Assembly (NCBI GenBank): GCA_040143965.1
Contig: JASJQH010000080.1
Span: 1-32,745 of the forward strand
Length of the DNA stretch: 32,745 bases
Direction of reading: 5' to 3'
DNA from: Basidiobolus ranarum
Lineage: Eukaryota
The stretch's first letter is position 1; each line of letters opens with the position of its first letter. The notes under the pieces are model-generated. The model had not been told where the DNA came from and did no database searches. It was given only the letters and a program-made list of their open reading frames with translations. Shown one piece after another: positions 17,162 through 29,394 of the stretch. The translations under genes and the position numbers were made by a program.

Positions 17162-19197
17162 ATGCGAGTTCGTCTGAGTTTCGATCCTTCCATATTTCCA
17201 CTTCGGTGTTGGTACGAGATCCCAGTTGATGTTTCTCAAACTTCCTTTCACCATACTCGTATACAAGATCTTATCTCTACCCTAATCCAGGACTTTGACA
17301 TAAAATATGAGAGTGAGAGAGTATACCTAGAAATAGATAATTTTGAACTTTTACCAGTTGGAAAGATAGCGGGACTAATTAAAGAGAACGATCTATTATG
17401 GTTGTTATATTTTTACTTATATATTACTTCCTTGATGTATTTATTGAATTTTATTTCTCTTATTTGATAAGTGTTCGGTTAAGAGAGTCAAAAGATTTCC
17501 CTATAATACCGATCAAGAGAGAGCTATCTCCAGAAGAGCTGAAAGGTAAATTTTCCATCTATGTATTATTCCTCTTTGGAATACTCGAGGAATTTTTTGT
17601 TAATTTTTTTTAACTTGCGTTCATTCAAGTAGACAAGCCTGAGATTTCACCTGCTAAAAAGTCCCCCAAAAAGACCAAATCCTCGAAAAAATCTTCCAAA
17701 GTTGAAGGTACGTTTAGAATATTATAAATAAGAATTAAATTGTGATATTAAAATCAATTGTACTTAGATGAAGTTACCATAAAACGTAAGAATAAACGCG
17801 CTGAAGAATCGGGAACACCCAAGAAATCCGAGTCACGGAAGCGGCGTAAAATTGAGGAAACTGAAAAGAGTTCAAAGAAAAAGAAAGAGAAAGGTATCAA
17901 GAAGGTCATCGAAAAAGTCAAGAACACGCTGAAGAAAGTCAAGTCTAGTGGGACCAAAAGCACCGCCTCAAAGGATAAAGAGTAAGCATTATTAATACTA
18001 GGTAATATTGATAGGATTTTTATTGAGCTAACCTACTTCAGATCCCAACCCAAAGATAGCTCAAGTGCCCCTGTTGCTCACACTTTCAATCCTGAGCTTA
18101 GCATACTAGAACCACCAGTTGAAAAAGTGAACTCAATTACTCATGTTATGAACGATACACCCGTAGGCAATTTAACCTCGACCTTGAATCTTTTGACATC
18201 CAACCCAGCTTCTTTGACCAATGTCTTACTAGACGGTAAAACGCCAACCCAAGCCCGAAATGCACGCAAACGAAAGAAGCGTCAGTTAGAAAAATTAGAG
18301 CGTCGTCTCTCAAACAGAGATCAAGCAGAAAATGTAGATGATTCAAACTCCACTACCTTGTCAACAAATAAGGAGCCGGAGTTTTACGAAAATCCTTCAG
18401 CATCGTTAGTAAAGAACAAAAGGAAAGGTTTTTTGAAAGATATGCTTAATTTACCTCGTGAGCATGTACGATTTGATGAACCTACAAATAGCATTGCCGC
18501 ACAGAACATCGATTCAAACCTTACACAATCAACCCCAACTTCCCAGCCTCCACACCCTTCCATGACAAGTGTCTCTGCTGAACCCAAACCTCTCCCTTCA
18601 CCCAAGATCTATCATAGTACAGTTGAGCTCGGGTTTGACCCGAAACAACCAAACCGTAAAAATCGGAAAAAGCAAAACAAGACAAATATGGAGAATCATG
18701 GTGTGATTTCTCCTCCCAATGATCAGGCTTTCCAATATAATGCCCCTTCTGCTCAAGACACCCAGCCTATCCCTCCGGCCTCGGTTCCAGCCCCAGTCCA
18801 CTTGCACCAGATCTCTGCTGATCAACCGATAATGACAGCTACTCCGGATGATGGTCCTCGCAACTACAATCTCTATGAGCCTCTTCTTAACCCCAAAACT
18901 GGTGACCTTATTGCATATAAGGTTCTTGAGATGACGGCATCATACACTCCGGAGATATCGGACTACAAGGAAGCCACAGTGATCTCGTTTGATTATTCGA
19001 CCAATACTATAACATTGAAACTGTCACCAAATGCCCTGAAGGTCAACCAGGGCGATTGGGATGGAATTTCCACTCGAAAATTCGAATTACAGCCAGAGTC
19101 CGACGATGAATATGTTGTCGAAGGGCAGCTGCCACTAGAAGAGATTAACATGGATTTTTCTCTACTGATAGAGCCAAAGAAACTCCCCAAAAATTAA
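17162..19197 (+). CDS. Coilin orthologue (Cajal-body scaffold); 5 coding exons
   Basis: N-terminal MRVRLSF...IQDLISTL...LEIDNFELLP...GLIKENDLLCV self-association-type domain; basic low-complexity middle; TQARNARKRKKR; C-terminal GDLIAYKVLEMTASYTPEISDYKEATVI matches the coilin Tudor-like signature as I recall it ([22 protein letters not shown] in human). Confidence 0.85.
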
Positions 19198-19719
19198 ATA
19201 GAATCTCCAAATTGGCCAACAATTTTTACTTTCACGATGCATTAATATTATTGCAATTGTATTCATTTTATTGCACTCATATTATTGCTTCTGTACGGAT
19301 TCATAAAAATATATCCGTGGTTCTAATTTTGATTAAGTCTGTTTGTGTCTTAGCGGATAGTGTTGGAGTGTTACTTCATTATCAAAACTTCCTATATATA
19401 ATTGATCTAAAACCAAAACTATATTGCTTAGGAATCAACCTTTCACCAGTTATATCGAAGATCACTTCCCTGCACGATTTCATCTTTAAATTCCATTAAA
19501 TAGAGAAGTCACGCAGTGAAATATCATGGGAAAGCTCGAAAATACACTTACCAAAGCTAATTTATATCAACGGAATTCGGAAAATATGTTAAGGTGTTAG
19601 CAAAGTAAAGAGGGTAAAAATAGATTCCGGTTATTTTTAGTTTCTTCAAAATCATCTCACTCCGTTAAGTGTATACTTTTCTATCTTACTCTCTCTTTGA
19701 GAAAGTAGTCAATGAAAAT

Positions 19720-21206
19720 ATGACTTCTGTGTCTCGTTCAAGAAAATTAAGTTTCTCTTCTCATAACGGTTCGAAAAAGAACTCAAGTTACGAGTTTGAT
19801 TCTAGTGTTTTACATAACCGAAAGCGCGCTTTTTCAAAACGCAAGGTTGTATTTGTAGATCCTGACGATCCCACCGCACCATATTGGTGGCCAGCGATGG
19901 TATGCTTTCATGTGGTTGAATAGGTGCTAAAGCAGGCATCTAACTATATTTCCGTTCATTTTGCGATCCTGATCGTAGATTGTGCCCGAACGTGAAATCG
20001 AGGCCTTTAAGCAGACAATGGAAAACGATATCCAGGAGCCTAAAAAAGGGGAGCATCTTGTCTGCTATTTTGAAGATGGGTCTTTGTATGTTATCTCTTA
20101 GCAATTTATCTAAATCCTTTCCTCTAGGGGCACGTGTCAGTCACTGATCACCTTGCTTTTAGTTCGATCGTTCCTGAAACCGAAGCGGTTTCTTTTTCTC
20201 CAGTACTTCCACCCTACACCAACTATCTTAGAGGCTCGAATGCCGATGCTTTTCTGAAAGATAAAGCGGTCATGTTAGCTACCCTTTACTGGGAAACTGG
20301 AATCGTACCACCCACTTTCACCTGGGTACGCGACGAGGAGCGGTATACAAATGCGTCAGTTTTACCTTTGACTGAGCATAAAACTACCTCCGATCAAATT
20401 TCCACTCTACATAATGACTTCAAAAACGCTATTTCCAAAAAGAGCCTAGAAATCAAAAGGGAAACTTTTGAAACTTCGATGAGTATTTTTCAAGGTGTAC
20501 CCTTCGTAGAGGAACCCGATTCTATTTCTGAAGGAGAATCTATTCGACAAAAGAGTCAAGAAAAAAAAGAAAATAATGTACTGCATAAAAAAGTAAGAGC
20601 ATTCCATTACTTTCTTTCATTGGAGTTTCTCACAGTTTAGTTTGTTTACACTAAATAGGTTAAATCCCCATCTCTGTTAACTCCAAAGAATTCTAAAATT
20701 TCCAAGTCCAAGAATGATGGTTATACGAACACTTCTAAAAGCTTCAAGCAGCAGATTGTATATAACCAAAATTCTCCCAATATATCGGCTACCAATAGTA
20801 CTTCACAGATTTCTTATTCGGACGTATCACCGTTAAGCGGGCCAGCACTTTTAGATTCATTTACAGCTGGAAATTGTTCACATTGTGGTGAGTATACTAC
20901 CACTCGGATTACCAAAGTTCTTTGTATGTGGTGCTGTAGCACGCTTCATGACCCTTGGTGCAATGGTAAATCATCGTTTGACGAAGAGCAAGGCAACAGT
21001 CATAAACGGGCCAGAAAAGATAGCGGAAATGAATATGAACAAAGATGTAAGTTAGAAATGCCAAACCGTACAAAGGTTTCTCATTAACATTCATTTTCGC
21101 ATGTTTAGCTCCATCTGGATTTAGTATTCTTTCCGATATTCTTCCGAGAGGTCGTAAGCAACGTTTACTGAGTCATTTGCAAAGCGGACTAGTCCCTTAT
21201 ACGTAA
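19720..21206 (+). CDS. PWWP/Tudor-like domain protein with Cys-rich C-terminal motif; 5 exons
   Basis: VVFVDPDDPTAPYWWPAM|IVP...HLVCYFEDGSF|SIVP resembles a PWWP fold. Exon 4 (from 20659) contains CSHC...CMWC. Four GT-AG introns keep the frame open to TAA at 21204-21206. Confidence 0.7.
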
Positions 21207-21874
21207 CGTCTGTCCAGAAGAATCAAGAGTTGTCAATTGTGTATAATTACAAGAATATTCAAGAACTCATGTTTATTTTAGTTGATTGCACGGAAAAAAG
21301 GTATATATAGATTTTCAAATCACTTTTGCTTGATAATTTATCCCCTCCATGCCCTCCCCGATACACTGCTAGTGACGGTAGATTTTGTGGGGAAAAAAGG
21401 ATAACTATAAGGATGAACAAATGTACATATATTCTTTAGTATGTTCAACACGAATCACACATTTTGTATTTCTTTGTTGGTATTCCCGTTTTGTTGATTT
21501 TTCTCTTTGGGTTCTTACGACCCTTTCAACAGCTCCTTCCTTGAAATAGGGATTTTTGTAGAGCACCCAAGCCACCTTCAATTTTCGTTAATAAATCAGG
21601 TGACCGTTTCCTCCAACAAGAAGTCATCGATAAACGAATCAAATAAGATCTTAACATAAACCAATCAAAGCCCATTTCAGGATAATTGCAAAGGAAGCAA
21701 GTCGCTCATATCAGCAACAGATTAGGGATAGAAACATCGTATTTAATGTATATAAACAGGGAAACAGGCCATAGTGAACCTTCTTAATGTACATAAACAT
21801 CCAAAGTGATATAAATATGGATAAACAATTGAGCTATATATATGATTCTATAGGAAGAAAGTTATTTACAATAA

Positions 21875-22915
<1,041 letters not shown>

Positions 22916-23340
22916 TATGTGAATTATCTGAATGGTGAAATGGCGTATTGCTTAAGTAGGCTTTGGTGGTGTTATTAGTGACTGCACTGAATCTAATTGG
23001 GGTTAGAGGTGCAGGCAATAGCACGTGCATATTTGTGATTTGTTTGGAACAGCAACTTTGTTGTCAATCTCTGGGTAGATCGAGATTCTCATTTATCGAG
23101 TGTTATTATGGCAGGTGGTAAGAACTGGATAGTAAGCACTAAGTAGTCAAATGAGCATCTCCCCTCAGTACTTCTCCTCACATCATGAATAAACACTAGC
23201 AAATAAATGTGTTGTTTGCTTGAAAACATTTGTTTGTGCATTACATAGCCTGTCCTATATAAATCTCCAGCGGTGGACCACTGTATGAATGTGAGGCATT
23301 TTGTCACCAGTAGAAACCTTTATTTCCTTCCAAGCTAGTC

Positions 23341-24771
23341 ATGCGATTCCTTCTCAGCTCATGCTGTGCTTTACTATTATCAGTCACATCAGTCATCGGA
23401 AGCGATGCCTTCGACTTCGTGACCATTAACGCTCAAGTTCTTGCTGAAAATAAGTTACATATGCTAAATTACGATAGAGGTCTGCAAGACTCGTTCTATA
23501 CGTTGAAACGATTATCAGAAAAGGCAACTCGTAACGTTACTCCCTATTCGGTTACCAGTAAAGCACAATTGGCACCAAGTAACAACCCTCACGACTACCT
23601 ATCTCTGGCTAGATACTTCTGGCCAAACAACAGTACGGCAAACGGGCTACCATACATTCGACGAGATGGACACGTAAATCCTGAGATCACCACTGTTCCG
23701 GACTACAAGATTTTTCGTACTCTGGTAGGTACTATCCATAGAGTTCATCAATGTTCCTGATTACTTAAACATCATTTAGGTTCGTGAAGTACAAATCTTG
23801 GGGCTAGGATACTATTTCTTCGAAAATGAAACGTATGCCTTAAAAGGAATATCCCGGCTACGAACCTGGTTTTTGGATGACACTACGAGGATGAATCCAC
23901 ATCTTCACTTTGCTTCATTTATTAAAGGATCAAGTGAGGGGCGAAGACAGGGTCTCATTGATTTTAGTGTTGTGAACGATATGTTTGATGTTCTCCCACT
24001 CTTACAAAAATCCAGATACTGGCTCCAAAGCGACACTGACGGCTTGCAAGACTGGTTCACGAAATACTTGGAGTGGTTAGATACCAGTCAGCATAGTTTT
24101 GAAGAAAGAAATTCAATCAACAATCACGGTCAGTTTATCCACAACCATTCATGTTGGCTTGTTCATTGTATTCACTCGATTCAATAGGTACTTATTTTGA
24201 TGTCCAGTACATGGGAATCGCCCTATTTCTAAAACGTACAGACCTGGCTCTTCAAGTAGCTCTAAACGCCTCTAGCTCGCGTATTGCTACACAGATCGCG
24301 TTAGATGGCTCACAACCTCACGAAACTGCCAGAGCTGCCTCATGGTTTTACTCAATTTTCAATTTGAATGGTCTTTTTCTTCTTTCGGCGTTATCGTCAC
24401 GCGTAGGGATAGACCTCTTTCATTTTCAAACTGCTGATGGAAGAAGCATCCGAAAAGCAGTTGATTATCTTCTACCATACGCTCGGAATCCTCAAACTTG
24501 GCCATTTGCTAACATTGATGGCTTCAACTCGACTGTTCTGTACGCGAAAGTACTACAATCTGCCTTCCTTGTCTACCAGAACCCCGAATACCTGAAGGCG
24601 TCTAACGAGCTTCTCAATAATTACCATACTAATCACAACCTTACCCGACTTCTACAGCCTTTAAAAATGTTTGCTGAGATTGATAACTCCACCGGGCGAT
24701 CAATTACTTCTTCTTGGCAGTTCAATTTCTTCGCATTGATTTGGCTCTTCTTTATGGTTGTAAACCTTTAA
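23341..24771 (+). CDS. Secreted, probably GPI-anchored alginate-lyase-family polysaccharide lyase (PF05426, PL38-like glucuronan lyase); exons 23341-23724, 23780-24128, 24188-24771
   Basis: Signal peptide; PHDYLSLARYFWP...PYIRRDGHVNPE, TWFLDDTTRMNPHL, NNHGTY, QIALDGSQPHETARAASWFYSIFNL; hydrophobic C-terminal tail FFALIWLFFMVVNL. Confidence 0.85.
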
Positions 24772-25277
24772 CTTATCAATACTTTACTTAATCGCATTTA
24801 TATATTTTTGGAATGCCTTTCCCTTGAATACTGCTTTTTACCACCAAATATTCCTATGTATAACCCTTTGGAGTGCTTACTTCTATAACAATACAATCCC
24901 CTTAGCTCGTGTAAGGTCTTCTTTTCCCGTCATACGTATATATATATCTACCCTTCCATAGACCCAGTCTACAAAATTTCGCAGTTTATCCCTTTCTTTC
25001 AAATATATCAAAACCATTTCTTGAACCTTGGTGAAATCGTTATTGTTTTTTTTGTGTCAATTCGATCGTTCTTTCATTTGGTCGAATAAAATCCCAGAAA
25101 TGGTCTACTCGACACACTTTAAGCACCAGTTTTCCTTTTATAAGTAGGAAACGTGGTATATTCGTTTAATACACTTGTGAAGTGATGAATTTGAGCAAGA
25201 ATATTGAATGGATGGAAAGGAAATCCTCTAAAGATAGTGAGAATATAAAAGATTAAAAGTATACAGTATTTTATTTC

Positions 25278-25718
25278 TTAACCGCGGGTAAGTTTGCCGT
25301 ATATGTGAAGGGCAAATACTGAGGCAATAAAAACAAGAGAGAGAACTAACACGACAACAGGATCACTACAAGATAAAAATAGGGAACCGAGATTAGTCAA
25401 CGTTAGATACACCTCCCCCCCCCCGAAATAGCATAAACATATAACTCACACTTGAAGTCCAGGTGTTTCACTGTTGTATAAGCGTGTTGCATTAGGTGCA
25501 CCAGCTCCGCCACGGGAACTACCGGCTTTAGAGGCACCAGCACGGTTTCTATTTTGTTGAAAACGGATTAGATTTACTAAACAATACAGATGAAAATTGG
25601 CCACAATATATACCTAAGATTACGACTAGAAGAAGAGCCAGACTAAAGGAATGACGAGTTAATACACCAGCAAATTAAATGGATATTCACTTATTCATAG
25701 TATATAATAACTGACCAT
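25278..25718 (-). CDS. SBH1: Sec61 translocon beta subunit; exons 25718-25716 (ATG only), 25642-25614, 25548-25450, 25365-25278
   Basis: M|SGSSSSRNLR|NRAGASKAGSSRGGAGAPNATRLYNSETPGLQV|DPVVVLVLSLVFIASVFALHIYGKLTRG*; classic Sec61-beta PGL.VDP + transmembrane + LH tail anchor. Not in the ORF track. Confidence 0.9.
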
Positions 25719-25935
25719 ATTGTATATGCTAAAGTTAATCTGGGAAAGCTGGCGATTAAAGGTCTCGAGAAATATTTAACCAAAAAATACTCGGGAATAC
25801 GATCACTAAAATATCATCAAATTGTTTCTATGTGGCTCGTCCTGATTGGGAGAGGTGGTAGAGAATCAACATAGTATACAAAATATATCCCTCCAGCGAT
25901 ACTCTTTGACGTAGCAGTGATAAGACTATATATAC

Positions 25936-25972
25936 CTAATCCACACTAATCCATACTAATCCTCATCTAATC
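25936..25972. repeat. Four CTAATC units spaced about 10 bp apart
   Basis: ctaatccaca ctaatccata ctaatcctcat ctaatc, in the divergent intergenic region between Sec61-beta and the forkhead-like gene. Confidence 0.6.
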
Positions 25973-26410
25973 TGCAACACACCACCACAATCGCATTGCT
26001 TCACGCATCGATTCCATCACTGATCATGGAGAGAGGTTGCCATTATCATGTCTTGCCTTTTATAAGAACCGTGAGTGGGTGACATCATTTGTTGATAGGG
26101 TTAGGGTTCTCCAAATTTCCTCACAATAAGGTGCGTGCAAAGGTGCATACAGTGCTGGAGAGTATGCAATGGCAAGGTGTAGATTCTATTCATGATCGGA
26201 AGAAAACACCAAACAATGCTTTGTGTATGCCTTCCTACGCTTCTCCAACACTTTCCCTACGCTTCCCTACAACCTGTGAATCTGTTAGTGGAGCAACTAA
26301 ATAGCAGGGGTTGTTGCGAGAATCGCTTCATACAACAGCTTCACCAATAGCATCTCACAGGTGTCACGTGGTACCATGAGGAAAGTCACCGTATGGGCGA
26401 ATGATGAAGT

Positions 26411-26529
26411 GTAAACACCGAGTGACTTTTATTATAGGATTTCTTCCCTATACAAGACTCTCATCTATAACTTTATTTGGATTTTTTTACTTCCAGAGAC
26501 GATTTGATTGGTTACAGAGGTTTGTTTAC
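26411..26529. promoter_or_regulatory. Two forkhead consensus sites upstream of the forkhead-like gene
   Basis: GTAAACA at 26411-26417 and TGTTTAC at 26523-26529, with a CCAAT box (GATTGG at about 26505) nearby. Motif match only. Confidence 0.4.
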
Positions 26530-26741
26530 CAACCAGTACTAAATAGATGACTTCAACCCCCGTCATTAATTTCCCCTAGCTGATTGAAAATACTTCTATT
26601 GTAGCTTTCATTTATCCCATTTTATCTTACTTTTACCTATTGAACTAGTTTAGGAATCGTCTTTGGCCTCCCTTTCCCTTAAAATTTGTCCTTCATTCGG
26701 CCCCTCCGTGTTAAGTCTGCTCCACTACATCACTAGTAGTC

Positions 26742-27923
26742 ATGTCTTCTAGCACGCCCATTCGAAATTCTGAACTTACTTCCACTCTCTTCCAGAAAGA
26801 GTTAGGAACGCCCCCCAAATTTCGACTAAAAAAACCAAAGGAAACTTGGGAGCAGATCATTAGAAAAGCTGTTACCCTTCGTCCAAAGTCTTCACTAAAC
26901 TTTCACATACACGAAATATATGGCCGAGTTATTGAAAGCTATCCTTATTTTAGAACCGAAAATCCAGATATCGTTCGACAAAATATCAACGAAGCGTTGA
27001 AAAATAGCGACCATTTCAAGTCTTTAGGAAACACTGATAACTGGTCCTTAGAGGAGAGTTCCGACAGCACCATATCTCATGGTATAAATCCGAAACAAGG
27101 GTTATTTGGTGCTGATATGGATCAAAATACTTTCAAAATGCCTACATCGTTTGCTTTCTCGCCAATCAGAGAATCCAATGTAAGACCATTGGCACCTAAT
27201 AATCGACAAATACTACCTGCTGGAGATCCATTCGGACCGCCCAAACTCGCGCCTCTTCTTCCTTCCTCCCCTACACCATCATCGCAAAATACACGACGAA
27301 CTCCACGCAAAATAATGGAGAAAGAACACGCCATTAAAATTCTTCCGTGTATGGCATCGTCAGGATTTAGTCCTATTCGTTCCCATTCTGGTATGGCCGA
27401 TGTCTTCATGAATGATCGACATGATTCCGATACAGAAGACGAAGATTGGAAATCTCTCGGACCTCAAAATCTGTCATTAAAGAAGAAAATTCCACGCTTT
27501 CCTTTGGAGCAGCTTGTACCGTTAACTCCTTCCAAACGAATCAACTCAAATTCCGATCCAACTCATAGTTCTCTACCTCGCACACCAGTAACCCCATCGA
27601 ACCCTCTTGGGTGGGTGAAACCAATGGAAATTTTACCCAACACCAAAGAAATTCCCCAAGAAGATGATGAAGATACGGATGATGAAAATTGGGCTCAAAT
27701 GGATTTGACACCGAAGCGCAAGCCTGTCAATTCATCTCTAGAGTCACATACTCCTATGAAAAAAGCCTTGGATGATATTAGTAACGTAGGTGAGCAACTT
27801 CCAAATGACAAAAGAATAGCTCTGGAAGCTCTAGCATTGCTCTGTTGCTCACCCAACCGTGGCTCTATCCCCACCGATACCACTCGGCATAGCGATGCCA
27901 GACCAACTGCGATATCACTCTAG
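26742..27923 (+). CDS. Intronless divergent forkhead/winged-helix protein with CDK-site-rich disordered tail
   Basis: KPKETWEQIIRKAV...FHIHEIYGRVIESYPYFR...VRQNINEALKNSDHFKS...NWSL aligns with the forkhead pattern KPPYSY..LI..AI...LTL.EIY..I...PYYR...W.NSIRHNLS....F....W; 393-aa open frame. Confidence 0.7.
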   Translation: MSSSTPIRNSELTSTLFQKELGTPPKFRLKKPKETWEQIIRKAVTLRPKSSLNFHIHEIYGRVIESYPYFRTENPDIVRQNINEALKNSDHFKSLGNTDNWSLEESSDSTISHGINPKQGLFGADMDQNTFKMPTSFAFSPIRESNVRPLAPNNRQILPAGDPFGPPKLAPLLPSSPTPSSQNTRRTPRKIMEKEHAIKILPCMASSGFSPIRSHSGMADVFMNDRHDSDTEDEDWKSLGPQNLSLKKKIPRFPLEQLVPLTPSKRINSNSDPTHSSLPRTPVTPSNPLGWVKPMEILPNTKEIPQEDDEDTDDENWAQMDLTPKRKPVNSSLESHTPMKKALDDISNVGEQLPNDKRIALEALALLCCSPNRGSIPTDTTRHSDARPTAISL

Positions 27924-28494
27924 GGTGCCATACTCTAGGTTTGTTGTAAGTTCATGCATGCCTTTACTTTCCTTCCCTTCCTTTCTCCAACCGTACCTTT
28001 GTAACGCAATTTATACAGCTTTCTATATTTCCGCATTGGAAAAGAAAGATAATCTCACTTTTGTTTCATTTGTTTTTGTCTTCTGCATTCACAGAAATTT
28101 GAATTTCATGGTATATACTTTTATAACGATGTTCTCTATATATATCCTCATTCTTTTCCAGTTACCCAGTATTTTGATGGGATCTCATCCTTCATTTGTA
28201 ATAAAATATGTGGCAACTAACAATCCCTTGGTTAACCAAATGGCTAGTATGTAAGTGTATGTATTAATGAATGTCAACATCGCTTAACTCTACGGGGGCA
28301 GATGTATCTAGTATAAATTGACGCTCAACATATCTAGAAAGAACTATATACAGCAGAGATTTATATACGTAAATGAGGAGAGGGGCGAAATGCAACGATG
28401 AGGAAGTATATAAAAGTACAACGAGATGAGAGGAGAGGAGACGACCATGGTAAAGAGAGGGAGAGGGGGAGGGAGAGATCCAAGGAAGAGAAAA

Positions 28495-29394
28495 TCAATT
28501 TTTCAAGAAAGCATCGATCAAACGTTCCAACAGCTCATTTCCACGAACATTCTCCTTTTTCAATTCATCCACACATTCTTTTTGTAGACGTAGACTTTCT
28601 TGAGTTACTTTTAAATATTCCCTCTGTAAATTTAAACTCTCATGTTGTAAATGTTGACTTTCTTCTAGTAAATCCAATAATTTTCCTTGCCAATCTTTCT
28701 TGAATTGTTTGTTCATCGGTGGATCTAATGGTTCACTTTCTTCCGAAACCTTTCGTTTGGCTGCTTGAAGTGAGGCCAATTGTTTCTCCGCTTCTTCCCG
28801 AAATCTTAACCGTTGATCGACTAACTTATCGACCATACCTGGGTCCATGGAGTCTTCGGTGCTGGATCTTTCGGGAGTTTCATTCTCAATGATGGAGAGA
28901 ACTAAATCGCAGTACTTTGGCTTCTCAATGGGTAGATCGTATTGAATATGGGCGGGTTTAGATCGACGATAAACATTCACAGCGGATCTCAAATTCTTAA
29001 ATCTAAATGAAGAAGAATCAACACCAAATGGAAGAGGGAGAGTGAAATAGAAAAAGAAAAAGTAATCTCACTTGTAATAAAGTTGATCTACAGTGGCTGG
29101 TTTATCGGGAAACTTTTGGGTGAACATATCATGTATCACTTTCCATCCTACTTGCTCTTTATTTCGTGTGGTCGTTGGATACAATGTTAGTACATCTTTA
29201 AGTGCACTAAGTAGGAAATACGTCTCATCATTCGTGAATTTCTGTCGTTTGTTGCGTTGAGAGCCACCTGGACTTGGGGTGGAAGTGATGTCGGGTAGGC
29301 TATGATGATGATGTGAGAGTGATATGTGTGACGGTTGATGTAGTGAGTTTGTGTCCGGAGTGGTGGGCGGTGGAGCTGGCCTTGAGTTAGACAT
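28495..29394 (-). CDS. Myb/SANT-like (trihelix/MADF) DNA-binding protein with C-terminal coiled coil; intron 29071-29003; start codon uncertain
   Basis: KRQKFTNDETYFLL...GWKVIHDMFTQKFPDKPATVDQLYYK|FKNLRS; C-terminal heptads LEESQHLQHESLNLQREYLKVTQESLRLQKE...GNELLERLIDAF. Confidence 0.75.

Noticed and set aside
19900-19978. U12 intron in the PWWP-like gene (donor GTATGCTTT)
   Set aside because: +5 is G rather than C, there is no CCTTAAC branch site, and a U2-type CTAAC is present.
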